Virus record (IMG/VR): IMGVR_UViG_3300021962_000036
Span: 32,001-96,000 of that record
DNA: 64,000 bases
Source: a virus
Reading direction: 5' to 3' (one strand)
Part shown: one piece after another, positions 19,101-29,700 of the stretch
Layout of the letters: each line of letters opens with the position of its first letter
How positions within the stretch are numbered: the stretch's first letter is position 1
Translations under genes and position numbers: made by a program
The notes under the pieces: model-generated
What the model was told of the DNA's origin: nothing
The model's input: only the letters and a program-made list of their open reading frames with translations
Database searches by the model: none

Positions 19101-19632
19101 AAATGCACGTCAAAAATATGTTGAAGATATGGCAACATTGAATCAACAGTATGACAATTCATTACAACAAAAGAAATGGAGAGAGATTGCAGCATTTAAT
19201 AATGGTACAACTAACTGGTTTAGAAAAAAACAAATGGAGAATGTTTTATTCCCACAAGTTTATATAGATCCTATTTTAGGAGATGTAGATTTTTCTGGTC
19301 AAGGTAGAGAGATACTTGGTGATGAAGGAACTGGAATGGCTCCTGATGTATACCAAAATCCATATGGAGGTGGTGCAAGAGGTGGTGTTGGTACTGGTTA
19401 TGATCCTTCAGCAATGACTCAAACTGCAAATGCAGCATGGAAAAAAGCTTATGATGAATCAGTAGGTACAAGAGGAGAAGAAGAAGCACGTAAATATGCA
19501 ACTCAAGTATCTAATATGTATTTACAAACTGCTAAGCAGTCTCCTACATGGAAGAATAATTTTCAACAAGCATATATGAGTGGCATGACTACTCCTGCTC
19601 AAGCTAATATGACTCCTTGGGAAGATCAATAA
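16195..19632 (+). CDS. Virion cargo / ejection protein
   Basis: N-terminal NIEVEGGE..GKRHSKGG..FIFSD module; MKYGG, FQDGG and FASGG motifs; Gln/Asn/Ala-rich helical C-terminus. Confidence 0.6.
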   Translation: MQKIRIKKAPKPGDQQDYSLVGRNVSFTDTGKSTSNVKNTMGAVPEEEANIEVEGGETVVGDINKDGFLEQFTFVGKRHSKGGMPVNIPEGSFIFSDTKKLKIKDKEVLESIFGLKEKKGGYTPAEIAKKYQINQFVQDLKSEDTDAIQKRSSAEMLKKNTQKLGMLALVQESMKGFPDGIPAIAESVMAGLGGTQIPGMEKGESVQEEVMEGQEEGMKYGGSMNRKFQDGGFQLSYTPNMVIYLNGEPFKYKTHEDAFGWGTGDIITFQGPNGRTYKTNSEDLMERVDSGKYVDTGFDGTKAKRFYVESKPGGRNYYASNSNTIGKTTLKQGQQFYIGNEQYEVANAYAKTTQTGYTAGYQGTGMANAGSSYKQDVNTVSVYKIDPNTGKRVGNAFAIDPSKIEQGVRNNTFAYVKGTAQAAPVSVPVNGAYNSYDSGVTEKTKPAGQEYKIAGRDKYTYYKDANSSTGWTYVDTDGNRGNVTNNESVATLNKQVSGMQTKAPAKTTSTQQTPVKSAPRPTGKPKTAQEALNYFASGGSVFGYYQEAGTVTPGPGDPPNNGTLNTTVATKQDAQASGNKRVDPNQEIFAGNITLEDGTVLKAYYKGNQKYLKDASGAIVAQATRTDVQNEQYGSQNINQILSKAENVKYTNTNFGTFKNQPNVKGTGIYLSSGNAAARTSGDLSPEEWADFQDRHGDWIDKQYTGGFAQYKKDLQTSKATGDKAAAWFQDAVNEKSMKQFGVPYFAPLGSNKETNPYFRDSKFGQVTYSVPRFFDAPVKTEPGQEVAYFCVEYTDGSKNVVSVSHKTGEQPLAPSGTTIKAVGAASKDKGVVDGQCIGVPGKTFEKKPKKEGPWWLQDIVNFVGTATDQVNRYEPTQGKIDLVTPGYDLLDPTRKLAANQEQMARYQNQVQNTADGNVGLATTLGASGEGFANAANVLDTTEAANIGIVNQAYNTNAQIQNQEILGNENARQKYVEDMATLNQQYDNSLQQKKWREIAAFNNGTTNWFRKKQMENVLFPQVYIDPILGDVDFSGQGREILGDEGTGMAPDVYQNPYGGGARGGVGTGYDPSAMTQTANAAWKKAYDESVGTRGEEEARKYATQVSNMYLQTAKQSPTWKNNFQQAYMSGMTTPAQANMTPWEDQ

Positions 19633-19660
19633 TTTAATAAAAGTAAAGTAGAAATAAAAC

Positions 19661-22285
19661 ATGGCAACATTTATAAAAGGACTTACTGATCAATTTGGTC
19701 CAATGCAATTGTACAAACCTGACTATCAGTTTCTGACTCAGGTGTATGGTACAAGACAGGCTGAATATGATCGTGGTTTTAGCATGGTCAAAAATCTTTA
19801 CAACTCTGTGCTAAACAGTGCATTGACAAATTCTGACAATGAAAGTTTTAGACAGGAGGCTTTTAAAAAGCTACAAGGAGCATTGAAAAGTGTTTCTAAT
19901 GTTGACCTTTCAAATCCTACTAATATCATGCGTGCACAAAGTTTGATTGATCCTATTTCTCAGGATCAAGATATGGCGTATGATATGGCTGTAACAAGAT
20001 TTCATCAAGCACAAAAGCAAAAGATGGAGCAGTACAAAAATAGTTCTGATCCTAAGATGCGTGCAATGTATAGTGATTACAGTAAAATGGATATTGCTTT
20101 TGCAGAAGAAGATTTAAGAGGTGCTAAAAGAGGAGATGGATCTGTACAAAAAGTACAGCCACGTGAGTTTGTTCCATTTGAAGATACAATGGAATATCTT
20201 AGAAAAGCAGCTAAAGAACAAGGATTAGAAATTACACAGTCTGGTCCAGATGGTAATGGTTATATTATTAAACGTGTGAATGGTGCAGGTGTAGCTCCTA
20301 TTTTTACTGAGTGGGCAAAGGCCACAATGGGAACTAGATTTGACAGACAGTTTCAGGTTATGGGACGTGTTGCTGCTGAATCTTCTATCAGAAATGAAAT
20401 GTCAACAAATGGCATAAAAAGAGAAGAAGCAATACAAAAAATCTCACAAAAATTATTACCTGTTTTAAATGAAAAAACTTCTACAGAAGGTGTAACAGCT
20501 GATAAAGAACTTAAAAAAATAGATGATGAAATTTCTCTTTATGAGAAAAAATATCCTAATGGATTCCCTCCAACATTACCACATGTAAAAGAAGACTATC
20601 AAGAACTTTTGAAAAAAAGAGATGATTACAAAAATACACTTGATGGTTCTAAATCTGAAGTTGCTAAAATGCAGCAAGAAGGGCCTCAATATGTAGCATC
20701 TAATCTTTACTCATTATATACAAAAGAGGCAAGAGAAAATGCTGCTCAAACTTTTGGTGGTACGCTTGCTACAGCAAAACAATCTATTGAATATAGACCA
20801 GATACTACGTGGGCAACAAAAGCACACATTGCTTCTAGCGAAAGAATTGCTGGTGCAAGACTTGCAATGGATCAACAAAAACTTAATTGGGATAAAGAGA
20901 AGTTTGGTATTACTACTGAACTTAAGATGATGGAATTAAAAGGTAAAGGATATGTGCCATCAGAAGAATACTTAGGTTCAGGTTTAGGTGCTGCACAAAG
21001 TGGAGCTGAACTTGTTTCTAAAGGTATGAACATCAATAGAGAAAAAGCATTTTCTACAGCATTTAATGCTGAGAATGGTTTAGCTTTACTTGTATTGAAT
21101 GAAGACGCAAAACAGTATTCAGATGTTTACAATACTGTAAATAAGATTAAACAAATGGGTGCTGGTCAGAGAGTTACATTAACAGCTCAAGACAAGGCTA
21201 CATTAAAAATGTATGGTGACAAGTTAGGTATTAATATTACAGCTCCAGGAAATGCTGCACAAGCAACTGGATTAGTTGATGCACTAGCAGGATATACATA
21301 CAAAGCTGCTACAGATAAATTACCAGCTTATTCAAGATTACACAAAACAGGTGACGCAGCAAAATTTGTTCAAAGTTTTAGAGGAGCATCTAATGCATTT
21401 AAAACATTAGAATCAGAAAGAACAAACCTTAATCAAAACATGTTGAGACTTTCTCAAGAAGTTGTTGGTGCTAACGGAAGAGTTAAAGATGCTTATAAAG
21501 GTGCGGTAATTAGAGGAAGACTTGCAAATGGAGCATATGATTTGGACTTATCAAACACAAGTGCTGCTGCAAAACAAAGACTAGGTACTTTAGTGACATC
21601 TGAGTATGCTGCTAGAACAAGACCTGTAACATCTAATTACAAATTCAGTAAGTTAAACGCTGCTGAGATAGAAGTTCTTGTTAAGAATCCATATGCTGTA
21701 AAGTCAATCACTTCATCAGATGGATCTGCTATTGATATGAGTGTGTTAAAGAATATGAATGCATCTGACTTAGCTGAGTTGTTTGGTGATCAAGCAACAG
21801 TTAATTATGATGGTAACAATGCAAATATTCAAGTTAACATTTCTCAGAAATCTGATATAGGTAAAAAGATAGGAATTAAAAATCCTGGTACATTAACATT
21901 TGTATTACCTTATGAGTCTGCTAGAGCAAACAGTGCTTTAGGAAGAATTAACAAGTACGCTACTGTTAACTCAGTGTCATCACAATCACTTGGTGTATTA
22001 GATGATTTCTTAACTAACCCTGGTGCTTCTGTTAAAGGTGAGCAATCTTATAAAGGTTTTGATTTTGATTACAATTTGCAAGGATCTCAAGATGCATCTG
22101 GTAATCCTGTGTTAATTTATAACATTGATTTTTACAATCCTCAAACTAAAAAACGTGAAAATAAAACTTCATATATTCCTTTTAGACCAGGTGATGTAAA
22201 TAGTTTGCTAAAAGCAAATGAAACTATTAACTCTACGTTTGATAATTACATCAATCAGAGAATTCAACATGAATTAGGACAATAA
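19661..22285 (+). CDS. Virion cargo / ejection protein with no cysteine
   Basis: 874-aa ORF, helical/coiled-coil; lies between cargo and RNAP-block genes; no Cys seen. Confidence 0.6.
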   Translation: MATFIKGLTDQFGPMQLYKPDYQFLTQVYGTRQAEYDRGFSMVKNLYNSVLNSALTNSDNESFRQEAFKKLQGALKSVSNVDLSNPTNIMRAQSLIDPISQDQDMAYDMAVTRFHQAQKQKMEQYKNSSDPKMRAMYSDYSKMDIAFAEEDLRGAKRGDGSVQKVQPREFVPFEDTMEYLRKAAKEQGLEITQSGPDGNGYIIKRVNGAGVAPIFTEWAKATMGTRFDRQFQVMGRVAAESSIRNEMSTNGIKREEAIQKISQKLLPVLNEKTSTEGVTADKELKKIDDEISLYEKKYPNGFPPTLPHVKEDYQELLKKRDDYKNTLDGSKSEVAKMQQEGPQYVASNLYSLYTKEARENAAQTFGGTLATAKQSIEYRPDTTWATKAHIASSERIAGARLAMDQQKLNWDKEKFGITTELKMMELKGKGYVPSEEYLGSGLGAAQSGAELVSKGMNINREKAFSTAFNAENGLALLVLNEDAKQYSDVYNTVNKIKQMGAGQRVTLTAQDKATLKMYGDKLGINITAPGNAAQATGLVDALAGYTYKAATDKLPAYSRLHKTGDAAKFVQSFRGASNAFKTLESERTNLNQNMLRLSQEVVGANGRVKDAYKGAVIRGRLANGAYDLDLSNTSAAAKQRLGTLVTSEYAARTRPVTSNYKFSKLNAAEIEVLVKNPYAVKSITSSDGSAIDMSVLKNMNASDLAELFGDQATVNYDGNNANIQVNISQKSDIGKKIGIKNPGTLTFVLPYESARANSALGRINKYATVNSVSSQSLGVLDDFLTNPGASVKGEQSYKGFDFDYNLQGSQDASGNPVLIYNIDFYNPQTKKRENKTSYIPFRPGDVNSLLKANETINSTFDNYINQRIQHELGQ

Positions 22286-22302
22286 AGAAATAAACCATTT
22301 AC

Positions 22303-25300
22303 ATGGCAGAGAATATAACATTTGATTTTAATCAAGGTATACCTGATCAAGGCTTGATTGGTGAAACAACTTCACCATTAGAAACTCCTATTGATCCACC
22401 TAAAAAAGGCAAAGGTAGTTTTAGTAGTAGTTTTGATTCTCTTAATACTCAGAGTGTTAAAGATATATACTACAGCGACCAACCTAAAAGTATCTTAGAT
22501 AAATTAAACAGACCTGTTGGACCTAGCGGTGTTGCTTATGCACCAGAGTCTTTGACAGATCAATATATGTATCAAGAAGGATTTGAAGCAAAACACTTTA
22601 ATCCATTTGATACTACAAACTATCAAAAATTTGCTGATAAAGAAACATGGGGTTCTGCATTAGATAAAGGTTTTGATTCATTTGGTTATAAGTTTGGTAA
22701 TACTTTTTCAGATTACTGGAAAGGTTATGGACGTATGGCTGAAGCATTGTTTACTCTTGACTGGGACAAAATGAAACCAGATGAGACCACAATGATGGAA
22801 ACATACTATCAAGACCAGTTAGACATGAAGAAAAACTTTGTGTTTGAACAACCTCAAAATGAGGATAGTATCTTTGGTAAAAGAACAATGTCTGAGTTTA
22901 TTGGTAATGCTGGTTTTGCATTAGGAACATTTGCAGGACTTGGTATTGAAATTGCAGCTGATATTGCTATTACTGCTTTAACAGGAGGTGCAGGTGCTGA
23001 AACATTTGCATTAACTGCTGCTAATCAGGCTGCAAGAACTGCTGCAAGACAAGCTACAAAAGGAGGACTTAGAACTTTTGGTAGAGATGTATTACAAGGT
23101 TTTGGTAAACTTGGTGCTAAAAGTGTAGACGAACTTGCTGTATTAAACAAAATAGATGAAGCTGCAACAATAGCTGGAGCATCAGCATCACCATTAAGAA
23201 GTACAGTTGCACAAACATTTGAAGCATTTAATTATAGTTGGCTTAAAACTTTAAAGTCTAAATCATTTAGTGAATTTGGAGAAAACCTTTTAAAAGGTAC
23301 TCCATTACTTGGTACAGGAATTAGATATGGAGAAAGAGTTGCTGCAGCTGCCAAAGGTGGTGCATCAGCTGGTCAACTAGTTGGACTAGGTTTACAGGGA
23401 GTAAGACGTGTTGGTCAAGAAATGAACATGGCAGCTACTGAAGCAAGTTTTGAAGCAGTAACATCTTATGGTGATACTCTTGACAAAATGGTTCAGCAGT
23501 ACAAGATTGATAATGAAGGTGGTGTTCCAACAGCAGAAGAATTTGAAAAAATGAGAGGACTTGCAATGAAAGCAAGTTCATCTAACTTTAATACTAACAT
23601 GGCAGTATTACTTGCAACAAACCAATTACAATTTGGTACATTGTTTAGTAAATTCTTGCCAGCAAACATGTTAGCTAATGACGTTGCTGAGCAAATTCTA
23701 AGAGTAGAAGGAAAAGCAGCAGCTGCTAAACTTTACAAAAAAGGATTTACTGGAACTTATGGTGTATTAGGTCAAGTTGCAAAAGACTTTGGTAAAAAAG
23801 AAGCAGCATATCAATTTGGAAAAGCATTCTTTAAAGATGCCCTAAAGTTTGAAATTGCAGAAGGTCTTCAAGAAAACGTACAAGAAACAACTGCTGCAGG
23901 ATGGAGAGACTACTATGCTGGTCAAATGAATGGTACAAAGTATTCTTTATCACAAGCATTTGGAAAAGGAGCAGAAGAACAATTTACAAAACAAGGTTTA
24001 AAGACATTCTTAATGGGTGCTTTAACAGGTTCTGTAATCAGACTCCCAACAGCTGTTGCATCACGTTCTTTAGATGCTGCAAATAAAGCTGTTATCAGTA
24101 ATCAATATAAAAATGATCCAACGTCAAATCCTATTGTAAAAGCTGAAAAGCAATTAGATGAGGACTTGGCACAAATGAACTCATTGTTTAAACAAGCTCA
24201 TGAGGGTAAGTTTGAACAAAAAGTATTTAACTTTAATGCACAAATGAATGCTGCTCAAGAAGTAGCAGAAGGCGCAGCGCAGGGTTCAAGATATGATTTT
24301 GAAAATGGTAAAGATAACTCATTGTTATCTGCTGTAGCAAGTGCAAAACGTACACACTCAATTGACATGCTTTACAAAGCTGTAAAGGATATGGGTGTAG
24401 AAATGACTGCTGAAGATTTTGAAAAATCATTTGGTTACAAATTAGAAAACACAAAATATGCTACAGCTCAAGACTTTTCTGAATCTGTAGCTAGAGATAT
24501 TAAAAAGTATTCTGATACTATTGATAATGTAACAAGTCACGTTAAGAATAAATTAGCCAATCCAATGGCTTATTCTGCAGGTAGTAGAGGTAAATTTGTT
24601 ACAAGTTTAACAAGACAAGCACAAGAAGATGCTATTCAGGTAATTGCATTGAATAGTGTTAAAGGTGAAATGGCTGCAAATCGTGCTAAACAAGTTGCAA
24701 GTGAAATACTAGCTATGCCTAACATGGGCATTTCTGCAGATTTTGCATTAAGAACTTTGACAAATGCAGGATCAGTTGACGCTGAAGTAGGTAATATTGT
24801 TGCAGAACTTAAGATTTTAAATACAAACATGCAGGCAGAAGGTCTTGAACCTGACGCAAAGAAAGCATTGGCTGAACAGATTGCAAATAAACAAGAAGAA
24901 CTTGCATTAGTTAACAAATGGAAAACATTCTGGGACACTAGAAAAAATGTAATAGGGAAAGACTCTGAAGGCAATGATATTGCAGAAGATGAATCTGACT
25001 TGTTTGTAGGCCAAAAGTATAGAGGAAAACTTGAAACTCAAGATGAAAATGGTGACTTTATTTTATCAGAAGAGGAACAGGACTTATTTAGTATAGACCA
25101 TCCTGAAGTTATAAACACATTCAGAAAGTTAATGTCTATTAAAAATAAACAAGCTGGTAACAATACTGAAATATCTGAACAAACACTAAGAGATTCTTTT
25201 GAAAAGGTTTATGACTACATGAGATTAGACCAAGACACTAAAGACTATATGAGGTCTGTAGATGTGTTAATGAATCCTGAAAATTTCCAAAGAGCATTAG

Positions 25301-26739
25301 CTAGAATGGCTGATGGTAAGTTTAAACATAAGTTAATCAATTATGTAGATACAGTATCAGCGCGTTATTCAGTCGCTGCTATGTCTGCTGCAGTAGAACT
25401 TGGATTAAATCAACAAGAGTACATAAATCTATTAGCTGATATTGGAACTGCTGTAACGTCAAGTGAAGCATACAATAACATTCTTACTTTGGCAGTAGAT
25501 CCAAATGTTGGTATTGAAAACGCAGAGTATGCTCAAAAATTATCAGAGCAGATAAATGAAACCATTAAAACTGCAGTTAAAGAAGGTATTGCAAAATACA
25601 AGTCTGATGGCATATCTGATTTGTCAGTAGAAGAATTAGATGAAATTATTGCAGCTGGTACAATAGATGATGCAAGTGTTAGAAAGTTAGTTATTCTTGA
25701 CAAGTTAGTAAAGAATCAACCTTTACTTCCTAATGAACAAAAGGTTTATGATTTGTTTAAAGAAGATTTTGACAAAGAAGCAGAAGCACAGAAAGCTGCA
25801 CAACCTGTTGCGCAAGAACCTATTATTCCTGTAAATCAAGAAGAGTTGCCTGAAATTGGCCCTGATGGTGAGTTAGTTGATAGAGTTCCTGTAAATGGTG
25901 GTGATCAAGTAGAGGAAGAAGCACCTGTTACATTTGTAGATGAAAATGGTGAAGTTGCAGAAGAACCTGCACCTATTGAAACAGAAGTAGAAACTTTAAC
26001 TCCAGTAGAACCAGCTCAAACACAAACAACAACTGAGGAGGGTGTTGAAGGTGTTGGTGCTCAAGATGCGTCTAGCATGCTTGCTGGACTACTTGGTATT
26101 GAACCTGTAGAGAATGAAGAACCATTTGTTGTTGAAGGTACTACAGAGTCAGGATTTGATGTTGTAGACAAAAGCAATACTCCAGTAACAAATGAGAAGT
26201 TTGAAACAGAAGATAAAGCTCAAGAACTTTCTGACAGTTTAAATGCTACAAGATTGAACTTAGAGTTTGCTAAACAATTTATATCTCCAATGTTAGAAGA
26301 TCTTTCTGACAATGGTAAAATTGTAGAGATGCATGATCGTGCGATGAAATCAATGAAAAGATTTAACAGCATGAACAAGACAAACTTTGAAACTCTTGAA
26401 GAATATTACAAGACTCCAAAAGGTAAAGAGTTGTTAAATGGTATTAGAGATTCTGTCATTTCAGGTCAACCTGTTAAGTATGGTAAACCTAAAGCAATTG
26501 TTGTTACAACAAATGATGAGAATCAACCAACATTATTTGATACAACAACATCACCAGCAACTTCTGCAAGTTTAACTCTTGAAAGTTTACAAGCATTACA
26601 CAGTAAAATCCAAGGTTCAATTTCTACACCAGAAGTACAACAAATATCAGAAAAAAATAGTAAATTTGTAGAGGGAGGAATTGTCACAGAAGAATCAATT
26701 TTAGATGAGTTGAGGAAGATAACTGACTGTTTCTCTTAA
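22303..26739 (+). CDS. Large ejection protein with Gly/Ala-rich membrane-type helices
   Basis: GNAGFALGTFAGLGIEIAADIAITALTGGAG and FLMGALTG segments, EGLQENVQ motif, acidic linker; first gene of the giant triplet. Confidence 0.65.
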   Translation: MAENITFDFNQGIPDQGLIGETTSPLETPIDPPKKGKGSFSSSFDSLNTQSVKDIYYSDQPKSILDKLNRPVGPSGVAYAPESLTDQYMYQEGFEAKHFNPFDTTNYQKFADKETWGSALDKGFDSFGYKFGNTFSDYWKGYGRMAEALFTLDWDKMKPDETTMMETYYQDQLDMKKNFVFEQPQNEDSIFGKRTMSEFIGNAGFALGTFAGLGIEIAADIAITALTGGAGAETFALTAANQAARTAARQATKGGLRTFGRDVLQGFGKLGAKSVDELAVLNKIDEAATIAGASASPLRSTVAQTFEAFNYSWLKTLKSKSFSEFGENLLKGTPLLGTGIRYGERVAAAAKGGASAGQLVGLGLQGVRRVGQEMNMAATEASFEAVTSYGDTLDKMVQQYKIDNEGGVPTAEEFEKMRGLAMKASSSNFNTNMAVLLATNQLQFGTLFSKFLPANMLANDVAEQILRVEGKAAAAKLYKKGFTGTYGVLGQVAKDFGKKEAAYQFGKAFFKDALKFEIAEGLQENVQETTAAGWRDYYAGQMNGTKYSLSQAFGKGAEEQFTKQGLKTFLMGALTGSVIRLPTAVASRSLDAANKAVISNQYKNDPTSNPIVKAEKQLDEDLAQMNSLFKQAHEGKFEQKVFNFNAQMNAAQEVAEGAAQGSRYDFENGKDNSLLSAVASAKRTHSIDMLYKAVKDMGVEMTAEDFEKSFGYKLENTKYATAQDFSESVARDIKKYSDTIDNVTSHVKNKLANPMAYSAGSRGKFVTSLTRQAQEDAIQVIALNSVKGEMAANRAKQVASEILAMPNMGISADFALRTLTNAGSVDAEVGNIVAELKILNTNMQAEGLEPDAKKALAEQIANKQEELALVNKWKTFWDTRKNVIGKDSEGNDIAEDESDLFVGQKYRGKLETQDENGDFILSEEEQDLFSIDHPEVINTFRKLMSIKNKQAGNNTEISEQTLRDSFEKVYDYMRLDQDTKDYMRSVDVLMNPENFQRALARMADGKFKHKLINYVDTVSARYSVAAMSAAVELGLNQQEYINLLADIGTAVTSSEAYNNILTLAVDPNVGIENAEYAQKLSEQINETIKTAVKEGIAKYKSDGISDLSVEELDEIIAAGTIDDASVRKLVILDKLVKNQPLLPNEQKVYDLFKEDFDKEAEAQKAAQPVAQEPIIPVNQEELPEIGPDGELVDRVPVNGGDQVEEEAPVTFVDENGEVAEEPAPIETEVETLTPVEPAQTQTTTEEGVEGVGAQDASSMLAGLLGIEPVENEEPFVVEGTTESGFDVVDKSNTPVTNEKFETEDKAQELSDSLNATRLNLEFAKQFISPMLEDLSDNGKIVEMHDRAMKSMKRFNSMNKTNFETLEEYYKTPKGKELLNGIRDSVISGQPVKYGKPKAIVVTTNDENQPTLFDTTTSPATSASLTLESLQALHSKIQGSISTPEVQQISEKNSKFVEGGIVTEESILDELRKITDCFS

Positions 26740-26767
26740 TCTTCGTAAAATCAAAGAATATAAAGGT

Positions 26768-29700
26768 ATGGCATGTCAAATACAAACTGACAAGTACACT
26801 TCAGTTGTACTTAACTTAATTAAATTAGACCCTTCAGTATATAGTAATTTTGATAACGCTTCAAAGTTTATACTTGGCAGTGCATTGACACCTGAGCAAA
26901 AGATGATGTCATTGCATAACATGGCATATATCTACAAGGGCCTGGCTGGTATTGATAATAAATTTTACAATGCTGGAAATGCTGAAGGTATCATTAGTGC
27001 TGTTGTATTAATGGATGATCCATCAAAGTATGTGTCAAGTGTTAGTGAAATATTAGGTGTCAAGAAACCTTCAGCTTTAAAAGTTGAGAGTATTTCTAAA
27101 GCAATTGATAAGCTATCTTCTAAGAAGAACATCACACGTCAAGATTTAATTTCTTCTGAAGGTATACTTACATCTGTAAAAAACTATTTCAGTGTTACAG
27201 TATTTCCTACTAACGAAGAAAGAGAGCAATTACTAAATGAATTTTCTACTGCAATTAAAACTGCAATTACAGAACATGATTCACCTCAAGCTCACAAAGA
27301 CTTCTTAATCAAGCAAGTAGATGAAGCAATAAATTCTTTAAGAAAATCTTCTAGTTTTATTCCATTGTCAGATATTGCTAATCTAGCAGATTTGAACAAT
27401 GTATTGATTACTTTGACAAATGGTCAAATGGTTGAGGGCGTTAGACAAGATGAGCAATTTAAAATTATTACAAGTGATGGTTCATTACAAACAGTAGAAG
27501 CATCACAGATTCTTACAGCAAAAGATGCACGTGTTGCAGATAACTCAAGAAGTAATGCTGGAGAACAAGTATTTCAAGAACACACTTTACTTTCTAGTTT
27601 TTCAATTAAAGCTGTTGATTCAGCGGATCAATTTGAATTAGAAAAGAAATTGGCTAACATGAAAAATCCACAAGCTGGTATTAAAATTCATGCAGTCAAG
27701 TTAAGCGATGTAGCAGATAGAAGAGTAGAACGTATACAAGAAGCTGCAAAACAAAATCCTAAGTATTCATCTCTAGAGAATAGAGAACATGAGACTTTTG
27801 AAAATGCTACACAAATAAAAGCATTACAATCATCTTCTTCTAAGAAGATTATGACTGTGTCTAGACCTAAAGCAAGTGAACAACAGTTTGTTCTTGTTGG
27901 TGAGATTATTGGAAGTGGTGAGAAATTTTATATGTATTCTTCTGACAACTTTGTTTTTGTTAGTAGTGATAACACAACAGAAAGAGTTGACTTTACAAAT
28001 CCAGAACATATGGAATTGGTTAAGTCTCTTGCTGTAAAGAACACAAAAGAAGGAAACAAATCATTGTCTGATACAGATATCATTGCAATGTCTGAGTCTA
28101 ATAAATTATTCCAAGGTTTTAAAGCAAGTCTTTCTGACAAGGTTGCAAGTTTATCTGATAACTCACTTGATGTTACTAGTGAATTTTTTAATGCTTATGA
28201 AGCTAGTTCAAAAAGAACAGACATAAACAAAAAACAATTATTAAAGAATGAGATTGAAGTAGATACTACTTTATCTAAACCTTTGACAGTTGTTACAATG
28301 GTAGATGGAGTTATTGCTAATACAGAAGTAGTTAGTGTACCATTCATTTATACAAAAGTAAAAAATGACCCATACATCTTAAAACCATTCTTGGCAAAAG
28401 GGCAACTTATTCAATTAGAAAATGGTGCTACTGTTTCTCAAGAAGTATACGCAAGTGATGTGTTAGGTATTAATCCTTCTGAGATACAAGGTAAAATTGT
28501 AAAACCAGAGCATGGTAATCAACTAAACATATTGTTACGTTTCAACAATGATGGTACAATTGGATATAGAAGTATTGCTCCTGTATTACAAATGTCTCAG
28601 CAAGTAGAGTTTGCAAAATTCATTGTATCATTGGCTAATATTCTTCAGACATCTGCAAACAGAACTGGTGATATTAGAAACTTTGATAGAAACTCATATG
28701 GTTTTAAGTTTTACAATAAAGCAAAACAAGGACCTAATGATGACAATAGAGCACCATTGCGTGTAAACTTTGCAACATCAAAAGCAGGACAGTTACAAAT
28801 AGAAATAAGACCAATGGACAAACAAGGTCCTTATGGTTTTATTGCTGAAACAGAAAACAAGAATCAATTTAACTTTCCAGTTAATGAAGCTATTATAACA
28901 AACTTAGCTAAAGCATTACTAGGAAAGGGTAATTTAGTTAATCAAGTAAAAGAAGCATATCCTGCTTTGAAGACTTTGGATTTAACAAATACAAAAGACT
29001 TAGTTACATTCTATGAGCAGGTAAACAAATTAAGTAATTCAGAAACTGCACTTCCTGTTTTAAAACAGTTAAGTGATAGTATTGAGAAAGCTCAAAAAGA
29101 ATTTGCTGAATACTTGGTTAATAATATTATAAACAAACTTGCTGAAAGAACAACAATGTTCCCAGAGTTTGTAGAACAATTAAAGAAAGACTTTACATTC
29201 AATGGTGTGTACAGACCAGAATTGTTAGTGGCTGACACTGATGAATCAGGTGTATTATATCCTAGAATAGAATATGCACAACCTGCAGAACGCAAAGAGT
29301 ATCGTGAAGATCTTGCAAACTTTAAAATATTACAAGCAAACAGTAAGAAGTTTACAGTAGTACCAAAAGCTGCAACTCCACAAGTTACAAAATCACAAGA
29401 AGTATTAACTCCAATTGTAGAAAGTGAAAAGATTCACAAACAAGAACCTTTAAATACAATTGAAGATGACACTACAGATATTCCTGATATTGAAGTATTC
29501 TCTTTAGTTGGGGATGAGAATGTTATTGTAGAGACAGATGAACAAAGATTAGCAGCATCTGAGTGGTTGTCACAATCTTTACCACAATTTGAAATTGATA
29601 ATGGTTCTCTAGCAGACATTATTGATCTTACTAAATTAGACGGTACTGTTCTTGGTGCATTTAAAGATAGAGTTATCTATTTAAATAATGCATTAAAAGG

